This document shows positions 30,160-38,478 of a stretch of DNA of 64,000 nt, in pieces (position 1 is the stretch's first letter; each line of letters starts with the position of its first letter). The stretch is from Candidatus Daviesbacteria bacterium. GTDB taxonomy: Bacteria > Patescibacteriota > Microgenomatia > Daviesbacterales > UBA10151. Made by a program: the position numbers and the translations under genes. The stretch lies in NCBI GenBank assembly GCA_028687915.1, contig JAQTZF010000001.1, forward strand, positions 216,229 to 280,228. The letters are read 5' to 3'. The notes under the pieces were generated by a model. It worked only from the letters and a program-made list of their open reading frames with translations, searched no databases and was not told where the DNA came from.

Positions 30160-30585
30160 ATGCCTACAATAAACCAGCTAGTAAGACACGGTCGAAAGAC
30201 TACTACCAAAAAGATTAAGGCAACTGCGCTAAGACGTAGCTTTAATTCCAATGAGCGAAAATATAGTACTTCCTTTAATCCTCAAAAAAGAGGTGTGGTT
30301 ACAGTTGTTAAAACTATGACTCCTAAAAAACCAAATTCAGCACTTCGTAAAGTTGCCAGGGTAAGACTTTCTAATAAAACAGAAGTTACTGCTTATATTC
30401 AGGGAGTAGGGCATGATTTAGCAGAACATGGTATAGTACTCGTTCGTGGTGGTAGGGTTAAAGATTTACCAGGTGTAAAATATCACATCATCAGAGGTAA
30501 ACTAGATATGGGTGGCGTACAAAAAAGAATGACAAGCAGATCAAAATATGGAGCTAAAAAACCAGGAGGAGCTAAAGCAGCTTAA
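30160..30585 (+). CDS. rpsL: 30S ribosomal protein S12
   Basis: [27 protein letters not shown]. Confidence 0.99.
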   Translation: MPTINQLVRHGRKTTTKKIKATALRRSFNSNERKYSTSFNPQKRGVVTVVKTMTPKKPNSALRKVARVRLSNKTEVTAYIQGVGHDLAEHGIVLVRGGRVKDLPGVKYHIIRGKLDMGGVQKRMTSRSKYGAKKPGGAKAA

Positions 30586-30590
30586 TTAAT

Positions 30591-31067
30591 ATGCCAAGAG
30601 CAGGAAAAGTAGAAAGAAGAGAAATAGAAGCAGATCCAATTTATAATTCTAAGTTGGTTTCCCGATTCACTAATCGGGTAATGGTTGATGGTAAAAAAAC
30701 TATTGCTCAGAAACTTGTCTATCAAGCCTTAGATTTAATTGAAAAGTCAGGTAAAAATCCTTTAACTATTTTTGAAACAGCTATTGCTAATGCAGCTCCA
30801 AAGATGGAAGTCAGACCAAGAAGGGTTGGGGGAGCTTCTTATCAAATCCCACAAGAAGTTAGAGGAGACAGACGTGAAGCTTTGGCTATTAGATGGATTG
30901 TGATGGCAGCCAGATCCCGATCAAATAAAGAATATCATTCCTTTGGTGAAAAACTAGCAGCAGAATTGATTGATGCTGCAGAAGGTAAAGGAATTGCTAT
31001 TAAGAAAAAAGAAGATATGTTAAAAACAGCAGAAGCCAACAGAGCATTTGCCCACTTTAGATTTTAA
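30591..31067 (+). CDS. rpsG: 30S ribosomal protein S7
   Basis: RRVGGASYQIP, AEANRAFAHFRF. Confidence 0.99.
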   Translation: MPRAGKVERREIEADPIYNSKLVSRFTNRVMVDGKKTIAQKLVYQALDLIEKSGKNPLTIFETAIANAAPKMEVRPRRVGGASYQIPQEVRGDRREALAIRWIVMAARSRSNKEYHSFGEKLAAELIDAAEGKGIAIKKKEDMLKTAEANRAFAHFRF

Positions 31068-31078
31068 TTTCTCCTTAT

Positions 31079-31474
31079 ATGTTAGAAGCAAAAATAGTTC
31101 CTGAGAAGTGTATTAGTGTTGGATTAGGAATCTATGACGATAGGCATGTGTTTGAAATGTATGCGAAAAGTAGGCTTACTAGTATAGTAGGACATAAACT
31201 TGGTCCAAACTTAGATCAATTTCAACAGTATACTGCATTGATGGTCAGAGTATTTGAAGGTGAAGTTGTTCCTTATTCAGAAGCACAAGCTTTAGGGCTT
31301 GATCCAAAAATCGCCAGACAAATGGCTATTATCGCTAAAAATAGTTATCGAAAACAAATAGCAACTTTAGAAGCAGTGCTTGATGACTCTCTTTATCCAG
31401 ACAATTCCTCAGAGTTTGCAGATCGGGGTCAAGATTCAGAAAAGTATATTGAATGGCGCCGATATTGTCCTTAA
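31079..31474 (+). CDS. Hypothetical protein
   Basis: 131-aa ORF directly after rpsG; no recognised motif. Confidence 0.6.
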   Translation: MLEAKIVPEKCISVGLGIYDDRHVFEMYAKSRLTSIVGHKLGPNLDQFQQYTALMVRVFEGEVVPYSEAQALGLDPKIARQMAIIAKNSYRKQIATLEAVLDDSLYPDNSSEFADRGQDSEKYIEWRRYCP

Positions 31475-31490
31475 TGCTATACTGGTTTTA

Positions 31491-31721
31491 GTGAAAAAAA
31501 CTTCTGCCGGATTTGCTCCTATTTATTTAATAATTATCCTTTTTATTCTTGGGGTAATGGGTGGAGCTTATTATTATGGTAAATCATCTGTTTCTAAAAC
31601 TTCAGTTATTGATTTTAATTCTTGTAAGAAAGCGGGTTATCCAATCCGTTTACTAAATTGTCAAGGATGCCCAAAATATTGTGATACACCATGGGGAGCT
31701 AGTTATTCTGAAAAACAATAA
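31491..31721 (+). CDS. Small pilin-like-leader protein with Cys-rich module
   Basis: GTG start, MKKTSAGFAPIYLIIILFILG, then FNSCKKAGYPI..CQGCPKYCDTPWG; TGcTATACT 7 nt upstream. Confidence 0.75.
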   Translation: MKKTSAGFAPIYLIIILFILGVMGGAYYYGKSSVSKTSVIDFNSCKKAGYPIRLLNCQGCPKYCDTPWGASYSEKQ

Positions 31722-31722
31722 A

Positions 31723-32769
31723 ATGAATCAAAAAGGCTTTACAGCCCAAATTATTTTAATAATTGTAGGAATAATAATTTTATTAGTTCTAGGTTATACT
31801 TTTTTAGCAAAACCTTATAAAGTTTATGGTGAAAATATAGCCTTTCCTCCTTATAAAATAGGGCAGCTATCTTTTTCTGAAAAAGTAACATATCTGTTTA
31901 GAAAACCGGCAGTTGGGGATAGAGTTATTTTTTCTCCTTTAGGACAATACTCGAGTTATATTGGAATTATTACCAAAGAAGAAAACCAAAATGGAGTAAT
32001 TATTTATACTATCTGTTCCACAGGGAAAGGGTTTCCCTGGACAGTTTCAATAGAAAAAATTTCCGGGAAAATATATTATCCCGTTTTAGATCAAGATGAT
32101 GCTAAAAGAATTGCAGAATCATTCAATTCTTCTCCTACCACTCCTACTCCAACTCCAATAGAAATGCCAATAAGTTTTGAGGAGACAAAAAAGTGGCCAA
32201 CTTATACTAATACAAAATATGGTTTTTCTATTAAATATCCGGAAAATATGCAATTTAAAGATATTACAGAAGAACCTACTATTAGCGGAATGGATTATAA
32301 AACTGGTGAAAATTCATATGTCCCTTTAAAGGAATACTTTAAATATGCTAAACGCGAATTAATAGTTACTTTTGCAGAACAAAGTAAACTTGATGATAAA
32401 ATGACCCCGATTGTACCCAAAAAGATTACAGATTTTTGGATTTCAGGAATTTCATTGCATGTTCAAAAAGGAGATCAGCAAATAATAGAAGAATATAAAG
32501 ATAAAAAATTAGCTGAAAAGGCAGGGGAGCAACCGCCTTCTCCAGGCCGTAAGCTAGAAATTACAAATATAATAATTAATGGTATTAGTGTGACTAAATT
32601 TTCGGAGATTAAGCATTTTTACACTGACGATTTAGTTGGAGCTTCTGAAGCAATTTGGCAAAAAGACGGATTCGTATATTTATTATCTAATGATTACGAT
32701 ATGGGTTACGGAAATAAATATTTTGATGCAATGCTTTCTACTTTTAAATTTAATGAAAGAACTCCTTGA
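31723..32769 (+). CDS. Pilin-like-leader protein: degenerate signal-peptidase-like domain + PsbP-like domain
   Basis: MNQKGF leader; KPYKVYGENI..PAVGDRVIF..YIGII; PT linker; WPTYTNTKYGFSIKYP; MLSTFKF. Confidence 0.75.
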   Translation: MNQKGFTAQIILIIVGIIILLVLGYTFLAKPYKVYGENIAFPPYKIGQLSFSEKVTYLFRKPAVGDRVIFSPLGQYSSYIGIITKEENQNGVIIYTICSTGKGFPWTVSIEKISGKIYYPVLDQDDAKRIAESFNSSPTTPTPTPIEMPISFEETKKWPTYTNTKYGFSIKYPENMQFKDITEEPTISGMDYKTGENSYVPLKEYFKYAKRELIVTFAEQSKLDDKMTPIVPKKITDFWISGISLHVQKGDQQIIEEYKDKKLAEKAGEQPPSPGRKLEITNIIINGISVTKFSEIKHFYTDDLVGASEAIWQKDGFVYLLSNDYDMGYGNKYFDAMLSTFKFNERTP

Positions 32770-32801
32770 TGTTAGTGAGGAGTATGTAAAAGAATAACTG
32801 A

Positions 32802-32830
32802 TTGACAATATAAAGCAGTTAAATTAATCT
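32802..32830 (+). promoter_or_regulatory. lemA promoter (leaderless-type)
   Basis: TTGACA-17 nt-TAATCT, 7 nt before ATG. Confidence 0.6.
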
Positions 32831-32837
32831 TAATTTA

Positions 32838-33398
32838 ATGATGAAGTTTAGTCCTCTTTTAGGAATCATTGCCGCAATAATTCTAATTGTTGTTGTCTCT
32901 ATCGGTTACTACAACTCTTTTGTAACTCAAACAAATGCTATTGAAGGCCAGTGGAAACAAGTTGAAGTTCAATATCAAAGAAGGGTTGATTTGATCCCTA
33001 ATTTAGTAGCTTCAGTAAAAGGAATTCAACAACAGGAACAAAAGATTTTTGGGGATGTTAGTGCTGCCAGGGCAAATTATACTGGTGCAAAATCCCCCGA
33101 AGAAAAAGTTCAGGCAGCTAATCAATTAGAAGGATCTCTTAGTAGGTTGTTGGCAATTTTTGAAAATTACCCTCAAATAAAAAGTGATCAGGCAGTTATA
33201 AAATTAATGGATGAATTAGCAGGAACAGAAAATAGAGTAGCTGTTGAGAGGAGAAGATACAACGAATTTGTTCAAAGTTATAATACTTCTGTTGGTACTT
33301 TGCCTGGTAAGATCTTTGCTTCATTTATGGGATTTACACCTAAAAGTTATTTTCAAGCTGCTTCTGGAAGTGAAAATGCACCAAAAGTAAATTTCTGA
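32838..33398 (+). CDS. lemA: LemA family protein
   Basis: YNS..WKQVEVQYQRRVDLIPNLV, ENYPQIKS, ELAGTENRVAVERRRYN. Confidence 0.95.
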   Translation: MMKFSPLLGIIAAIILIVVVSIGYYNSFVTQTNAIEGQWKQVEVQYQRRVDLIPNLVASVKGIQQQEQKIFGDVSAARANYTGAKSPEEKVQAANQLEGSLSRLLAIFENYPQIKSDQAVIKLMDELAGTENRVAVERRRYNEFVQSYNTSVGTLPGKIFASFMGFTPKSYFQAASGSENAPKVNF

Positions 33399-33404
33399 TA
33401 ATGA

Positions 33405-34331
33405 ATGTTAAATCAAATCCGTAATTTTGTATTCCTAACTCTTGTAAGTCTATTCTTATTTATTGCTCCAAAAGTTTATGCAAATCATATTCCTGCTCCA
33501 TCCGGCCATGTTAATGATTTTGCCGGAGTTCTCACTACTGAACAGAAAAACAACCTTGAAAATTCTTTAATATATTATGAGCAGCAAACTACAAATGAAA
33601 TTGCTATTGCTATAGTTAAAAGTTTAAATGGAGATAGTATTGAAAACTTTGCTGTTAAGACTTTTGAAGAATGGAAAATTGGTAAAAAGGGTAAAGATAA
33701 CGGCATATTATTTATTGCAGCAATAGATGATAGAAAAATGAGGATAGAGGTAGGATATGGATTGGAGCCTTCTTTAACTGATAACCAAGCAGGTGAGATT
33801 ATCAGAAATATTATTGCTCCCAAATTTAAACGAGAAGATTATTACGGTGGAATTTCTGATGGAGTATTAGCTATTGAGGATCAATTAAGCAAGAACCCGG
33901 CAGAGGTAGCAAGGGGACAAGCAAAAGTGACTTTTTGGTCTGTTATTAAAGGGCTTTATGGAATTTTTGGCGATCTAGTGGTTTACGCTCTATTGTTTTT
34001 TACGTATTTACCTTTTTCGTATTTTTTTGCTTTTTTAGCTCGGACAGAGGGAATTTGGTTAGGTGGTATTATTGGTGGGGTAATCGGAGGGATTTTGGGT
34101 TGGATTTTTGGAAGTACATTATCTCCAATTATTTTTTCATTTATTGGAGGTGGAAGTTTAGGGTTTTTGTTGGATTATATTGTATCTAATAATTACAAAA
34201 AAAGAAAAGCAGCAGGGCTTAGCACTAGTTGGTGGAGTTCTGGTGGGGGGTTTTCTACTCACAGTGGCGGAGGGTTTGGTGGATTTGGAGGGGGTTCGTC
34301 TGGTGGAGGTGGATCAAGCGGTAGTTGGTAA
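33405..34331 (+). CDS. TPM-domain (YgcG-like) membrane protein with Gly-rich tail
   Basis: HVNDFAGVL, WKIGKKGKDNGILF, RIEVGYGLE, FGGFGGGSSGGGGSSGSW. Confidence 0.93.
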   Translation: MLNQIRNFVFLTLVSLFLFIAPKVYANHIPAPSGHVNDFAGVLTTEQKNNLENSLIYYEQQTTNEIAIAIVKSLNGDSIENFAVKTFEEWKIGKKGKDNGILFIAAIDDRKMRIEVGYGLEPSLTDNQAGEIIRNIIAPKFKREDYYGGISDGVLAIEDQLSKNPAEVARGQAKVTFWSVIKGLYGIFGDLVVYALLFFTYLPFSYFFAFLARTEGIWLGGIIGGVIGGILGWIFGSTLSPIIFSFIGGGSLGFLLDYIVSNNYKKRKAAGLSTSWWSSGGGFSTHSGGGFGGFGGGSSGGGGSSGSW

Positions 34332-34373
34332 ATTAACTTGTCTTATTATCCTGTATAACTTATTATTTAATTA

Positions 34374-35492
34374 ATGCCCAATTCACAAAAGGTTAATATC
34401 CTGAGCGAGTATAACGAGTCGAAGGGTTTTGCACCCATTTTAATAGTTATTTTAATCGCTGTAGCAATTGGTGGATATTTAATATATTCTAACTACTTAA
34501 AGAATCAAACAAAAATTAATGTTCCTCAACAAACTTCTAACACTGAATCAACTAATTCTGGAAAAATTGCTAATTGGGAAACTTTAACACGAAACGATAA
34601 TGAATTTTCTTTTCAATATCCTCAAAATTGGAAATTAGTTCCTACGGATACTTCTAAGAATGGCTATAATTTTGAGTTTGTAGATCCTGATAAAATTTAT
34701 ACGCTCGATTTCTATTCACAATCTAATATTAATAAAGATACTGGCAAACCGTATAAAACACTATTGGAATTTGAGGATTTAGTTTCAGATCAACTTAAAA
34801 TTGTAGTTGATGGTCAAGAAGCTATTCAGGTTATGCCTCGAGCAGGCAGTGAGAACGCAAATTTGATTGATGTTTTTTCCAGAGATTCCACACAAATTTA
34901 TACTCTGAAATTAACTACTAATTCCAAACAGGATGACGCAGCAATTAAAAAAGGTCAAGAATTGTTTAAACAAATTCTTTCTACATTTAGAATTAAGCAA
35001 TTGCAACCTGCTTTTGTAATAAGTAAAGAATCCTTGGTTGGAATTTGGCAAAATGATTTTATGTTAGCAGCAGGTTGGGGAGACCGTTATCAATTTTACC
35101 CCTCTGGTAAATATGCTCATATAGCATCTGAAATGAATAATTGTACAAATACAGATTTAGGTGAAGTAGGCACATGGGAACTAAATAGTAATAAATTGTT
35201 GCTAACTGCTAAGCAAAAGATTATTTTAAAAGTTGCAGGAACAGTAGATGATCCTGCATGCGGACAGAAGGTTGTAGGTGGAGAATCAGCACAAGAAGTA
35301 GCAAATCCCAAAGTGGTTGAAATAGATTTGAGTGCACGCAAACCCCAGGCAAACGAACCATCTTATTATCCTTCTTTATTTTTCGGGAAAAAAGTTTATT
35401 GGAAATTTAATGATAAGTTAAAAGATAATCCGCCTTTTAAAGTTCTCCCTTTTTTAAGTGGTTGTGGACCAGATTTGGACCCATGTTTATAA
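34374..35492 (+). CDS. Pilin-like-leader protein with PsbP-like domain plus extra beta-rich C-terminal domain
   Basis: SKGFAPILIVILI leader, WETLT..FSFQYPQNW, QILSTFRI, then LVGIWQ..YQFYPSGKY..GTWEL. Confidence 0.8.
   Translation: MPNSQKVNILSEYNESKGFAPILIVILIAVAIGGYLIYSNYLKNQTKINVPQQTSNTESTNSGKIANWETLTRNDNEFSFQYPQNWKLVPTDTSKNGYNFEFVDPDKIYTLDFYSQSNINKDTGKPYKTLLEFEDLVSDQLKIVVDGQEAIQVMPRAGSENANLIDVFSRDSTQIYTLKLTTNSKQDDAAIKKGQELFKQILSTFRIKQLQPAFVISKESLVGIWQNDFMLAAGWGDRYQFYPSGKYAHIASEMNNCTNTDLGEVGTWELNSNKLLLTAKQKIILKVAGTVDDPACGQKVVGGESAQEVANPKVVEIDLSARKPQANEPSYYPSLFFGKKVYWKFNDKLKDNPPFKVLPFLSGCGPDLDPCL
34401..34425. repeat. 25-nt palindromic insertion element in leader-coding region
   Basis: ctgagcga-gtataac-gagtcgaagg; matches 16158-16182. 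Confidence 0.7.
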
Positions 35493-35500
35493 AATAATAT

Positions 35501-36595
35501 ATGAATCAAAAAGGATTTGCTCCAATAATTATAATTCTAGGAATTGTTTTTACAGTTATAGGAATTGGGGGGTATTTCTTATTGTCAAATAAAAACTTTG
35601 TAAAATACTCACCCACAAACGAAATTTCTCCTACTCCTACTGTTGCAATACAATCTTCTTCCGATGTGATCTGTCCAGCTAATGCAGTAGTGACTTTTGG
35701 TTACGATACCACATATTTAACTCCTGCTCCACAAGATCCAAATCAAGTATGCAAGTTTTCTATTACTGTAGATAATGTCTCGGATTTAGTTCAAGAAATA
35801 AATCAAGCTAGCAAATACCCAAACCTGAAGATATTTAACATTCAAGGACCATCTGGAGGAGAAAAAACAGTATTTATGCCACCTGAAATATGGCAATTAA
35901 AAAATTTGCAATCCTTAAACATAGCATATGTAGAATTTAAAAATAGCACACTACCTGCTGAAATTAGTAATGTAAGTAATCTTAAACGTTTATCTGTATA
36001 TGGTTCTAATATTAGTTCTATTCCACCACAAATTAGTCAGCTTACACAGTTAACATACTTAGATTTTGGAGCAAATAATATCACAGTTCTTCCACCAGAA
36101 ATTGGAAGTTTAAAGAATTTAGCAACACTTAACTTATTTCATAACGAATTAAACTCTTTGCCTGATTCGATCGGTAATCTACAAAATTTGAAAAAACTTG
36201 TTTTGTCTAACAACTCTTTTTCTATATTTCCTGAAGTGTTAACGAAACTCAATGGTCTTGAGGAGCTTAATATGAATCAAAATCATTTAGCTTCAGTTTC
36301 TCTTCAGATAGGAAATATGAATCATCTGAAAAAACTTTCATTAAATAATTGGCCTAACCATGCCTCTGCAGCTTGTGGTGGAGCAGTCTGTCAAACAGAT
36401 CTTAAACAAGATATGGAGAATGGAAATAAAATATTAACTTTCCCTGATAGTATTGCTCAAATGTCTTCTTTATTGGAATTGGATTTAAGCAATGTTTCAA
36501 CACCGGTTGAAGTAATAAACCATCTTAAGCAAATACTACCAAAAACTACAATTAAGTTTGATCCTCCTGGATCTTATAGCAACTATCCTAAATAA
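35501..36595 (+). CDS. Pilin-like-leader leucine-rich repeat protein
   Basis: MNQKGFAPIIIILG leader; ~23-aa repeats LPPEIGSLKNLATLNLFHNELNS. Confidence 0.92.
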   Translation: MNQKGFAPIIIILGIVFTVIGIGGYFLLSNKNFVKYSPTNEISPTPTVAIQSSSDVICPANAVVTFGYDTTYLTPAPQDPNQVCKFSITVDNVSDLVQEINQASKYPNLKIFNIQGPSGGEKTVFMPPEIWQLKNLQSLNIAYVEFKNSTLPAEISNVSNLKRLSVYGSNISSIPPQISQLTQLTYLDFGANNITVLPPEIGSLKNLATLNLFHNELNSLPDSIGNLQNLKKLVLSNNSFSIFPEVLTKLNGLEELNMNQNHLASVSLQIGNMNHLKKLSLNNWPNHASAACGGAVCQTDLKQDMENGNKILTFPDSIAQMSSLLELDLSNVSTPVEVINHLKQILPKTTIKFDPPGSYSNYPK

Positions 36596-36629
36596 TTTGT
36601 ATGTATAATTTTGTGATAAGATTTAGTTA

Positions 36630-37241
36630 ATGCTAAAGGAAAAAGGCTTTGCACCAATAATTATAATTTTAGGAATTGTTTTATTTTTAGGTATAGTTGG
36701 TGGAGTGTATTATTTTAGTAAAAATTCAAGTAGTGCTATAAAAAATAATCCTGTAAATACCCCAACCCCAACTGCAACTCTAAAGGTAGATGAAACAACT
36801 AATTGGAAAACTTATACAAATACGGAATATGGATATTCAATAAAATATCCAGAAAATATTTCCTTAGAAGAAATGGGTGTGGATGTAAAAGGTAAACTAG
36901 TTAAATGGATTTGGATTGATAAACAAATCCAAATTTCTGTTACTAAAGCGAATTCTTCAGAATGCAAAGTAGATTGTCCGATTATTTCAAAGATAGAATC
37001 TGTTAAAATCGATAACACAGAGGGGAAAAAGCAGAGTGGTTATATTAGTCAAATAGGAGGGCGTATACCTCAGTCTTTCCAACAGGTTATTATCCCACAC
37101 AATGGTAGCTATTTTAATATTTCCCTCTATGAATTAAAAAATGATAGTATAAAGAGCTCTGAAAGAAAGGCGGGTACAATCACAGAAGCGGAAATTAAGC
37201 TTTTTAATCAAATTCTTTCTACCTTTGAATTTACTAAATGA
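36630..37241 (+). CDS. Pilin-like-leader protein with PsbP-like domain
   Basis: MLKEKGFAPIIIILG, PT linker, WKTYTNTEYGYSIKYP, QILSTFEF. Confidence 0.8.
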   Translation: MLKEKGFAPIIIILGIVLFLGIVGGVYYFSKNSSSAIKNNPVNTPTPTATLKVDETTNWKTYTNTEYGYSIKYPENISLEEMGVDVKGKLVKWIWIDKQIQISVTKANSSECKVDCPIISKIESVKIDNTEGKKQSGYISQIGGRIPQSFQQVIIPHNGSYFNISLYELKNDSIKSSERKAGTITEAEIKLFNQILSTFEFTK

Positions 37242-38167
37242 ATCAAAAGGGTTTTGTTCCAATAATTATAATTCTAGGAATTGTTTTATTTTTAACGATT
37301 GTTGGTGGTGCTTATTATTTTGGAAGAATGACTATAAAAGGTAAAATCTTAGACTATAACTCGATGCCTTTTGATAATCCTAATTTAGAAATTAAAGGAA
37401 TTAATGGCTCTTTTGGTAAATGTGAAGTTAAAAAGACAGGGAATTTTATTTGTAAAGCCCTATTATTGCCAAATCAAACTTATGGTATTTATTTAAATGA
37501 TGACAAAACTAATGCTTTTGTTCTTCAACATTTTACTGCTGAATTTGCAAAAATAGTTGATATAGGAGAGAGACAAGTACCAAGGACTAGTGAACCACAA
37601 GCCACTAGTATAGATGAAACTGCTGATTGGAAAACTTATACCAATACTAAATATGGTTATTTAATTAAATATCCCGAAAAATTGAAGATAAGAGAAAGAG
37701 GGAGTTTGAGTCCGTCATTGATTGATAGTTTAGATATATGTTTGAAGGAAAGTTGTGGTGACCCAGATATTATATCTGTTAACGTTATAACCAAAGAATT
37801 TGCATTAGGATCACTTAATAATCCTTCGATTAGCAAAGAAGAAATTACCATTAGCAATATTAAAGGTATAAAGAAGGTAGGTGAATATCATTACGGAAAA
37901 GAAATTATTGTTTATTTCCCTGCGCCTAATGGAGCTAGTTATGTAAATATTGGTACGAATAGTCAAAATGCACAAATTTTTGATACTATTCTTTCTACTT
38001 TTAAATTTACAGACACAAATTCAGGAAGTGGGAAATATACTTGTCCAGAAAATGGATATCAAAATTGTATGCCAATTTTAGATGCGGAAGGACAAAAACA
38101 ATGTAGCAAAGAAGCATTAGATTGGAAGCAAACTAATTGTCCCAATTTTTCAGGTGCGGCATATTAA
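37238..38167 (+). CDS. Pilin-like-leader protein: beta-sandwich-like domain + PsbP-like domain + Cys-rich tail
   Basis: MNQKGFVPIIIILG, TIKGKILD.., WKTYTNTKYGYLIKYP, ILSTFKF, CPENGYQNCMP..C..W...CP. Confidence 0.8.
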   Translation: MNQKGFVPIIIILGIVLFLTIVGGAYYFGRMTIKGKILDYNSMPFDNPNLEIKGINGSFGKCEVKKTGNFICKALLLPNQTYGIYLNDDKTNAFVLQHFTAEFAKIVDIGERQVPRTSEPQATSIDETADWKTYTNTKYGYLIKYPEKLKIRERGSLSPSLIDSLDICLKESCGDPDIISVNVITKEFALGSLNNPSISKEEITISNIKGIKKVGEYHYGKEIIVYFPAPNGASYVNIGTNSQNAQIFDTILSTFKFTDTNSGSGKYTCPENGYQNCMPILDAEGQKQCSKEALDWKQTNCPNFSGAAY

Positions 38168-38184
38168 TTTTCAGATCATATGAG

Positions 38185-38213
38185 TTGACTTTGGGCTGCT
38201 TTTGCCTTAATAT
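38185..38213 (+). promoter_or_regulatory. Promoter for mini-gre/fusA
   Basis: TTGACT-17 nt-TAATAT. Confidence 0.5.
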
Positions 38214-38221
38214 AAGCAAGT

Positions 38222-38247
38222 AGGCCTCCTTCAAGAGGCTTTTTCTT
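38222..38247 (+). terminator. Terminator-like hairpin before mini-gre
   Basis: aggcctc-cttcaa-gaggctt followed by tttctt. Confidence 0.55.
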
Positions 38248-38253
38248 ATATAT

Positions 38254-38478
38254 ATGGATGCAAAACTGAAAGCAGAAAAACTGAAAATGTGGCAGGGAAA
38301 ACTCAAAAAACTCCAAGATGAGTTGGAAGCTATCATGGTCAGACGCGGGGAGGCTATTGCTATGGGTGATTTATCAGAAAATGCTGCTTTTTCTATGGCT
38401 GAAGAAGATGCAATTACCTGGAGAGTCAGAATTGAAGAGATTGAAAAGATCATTAAAACCATTGAGGATACTAAATAA
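38254..38478 (+). CDS. GreA/GreB N-terminal coiled-coil-only protein
   Basis: [20 protein letters not shown]; only 74 aa; TAATG overlap with fusA. Confidence 0.85.
   Translation: MDAKLKAEKLKMWQGKLKKLQDELEAIMVRRGEAIAMGDLSENAAFSMAEEDAITWRVRIEEIEKIIKTIEDTK

Noticed and set aside
31380-31490. ORF-track N-terminal extensions (also at 3287, 17844, 21384, 31681, 51091, 59644, 60143)
   Set aside because: Downstream starts fit homolog N-termini, leader motifs and promoter positions better
31079-38167. Integron cassette array, prophage or diversity-generating retroelement as the explanation for the island
   Set aside because: No integrase, attC-like sites, phage genes, reverse transcriptase or adenine-specific TR/VR pair seen; spacers are mostly very short
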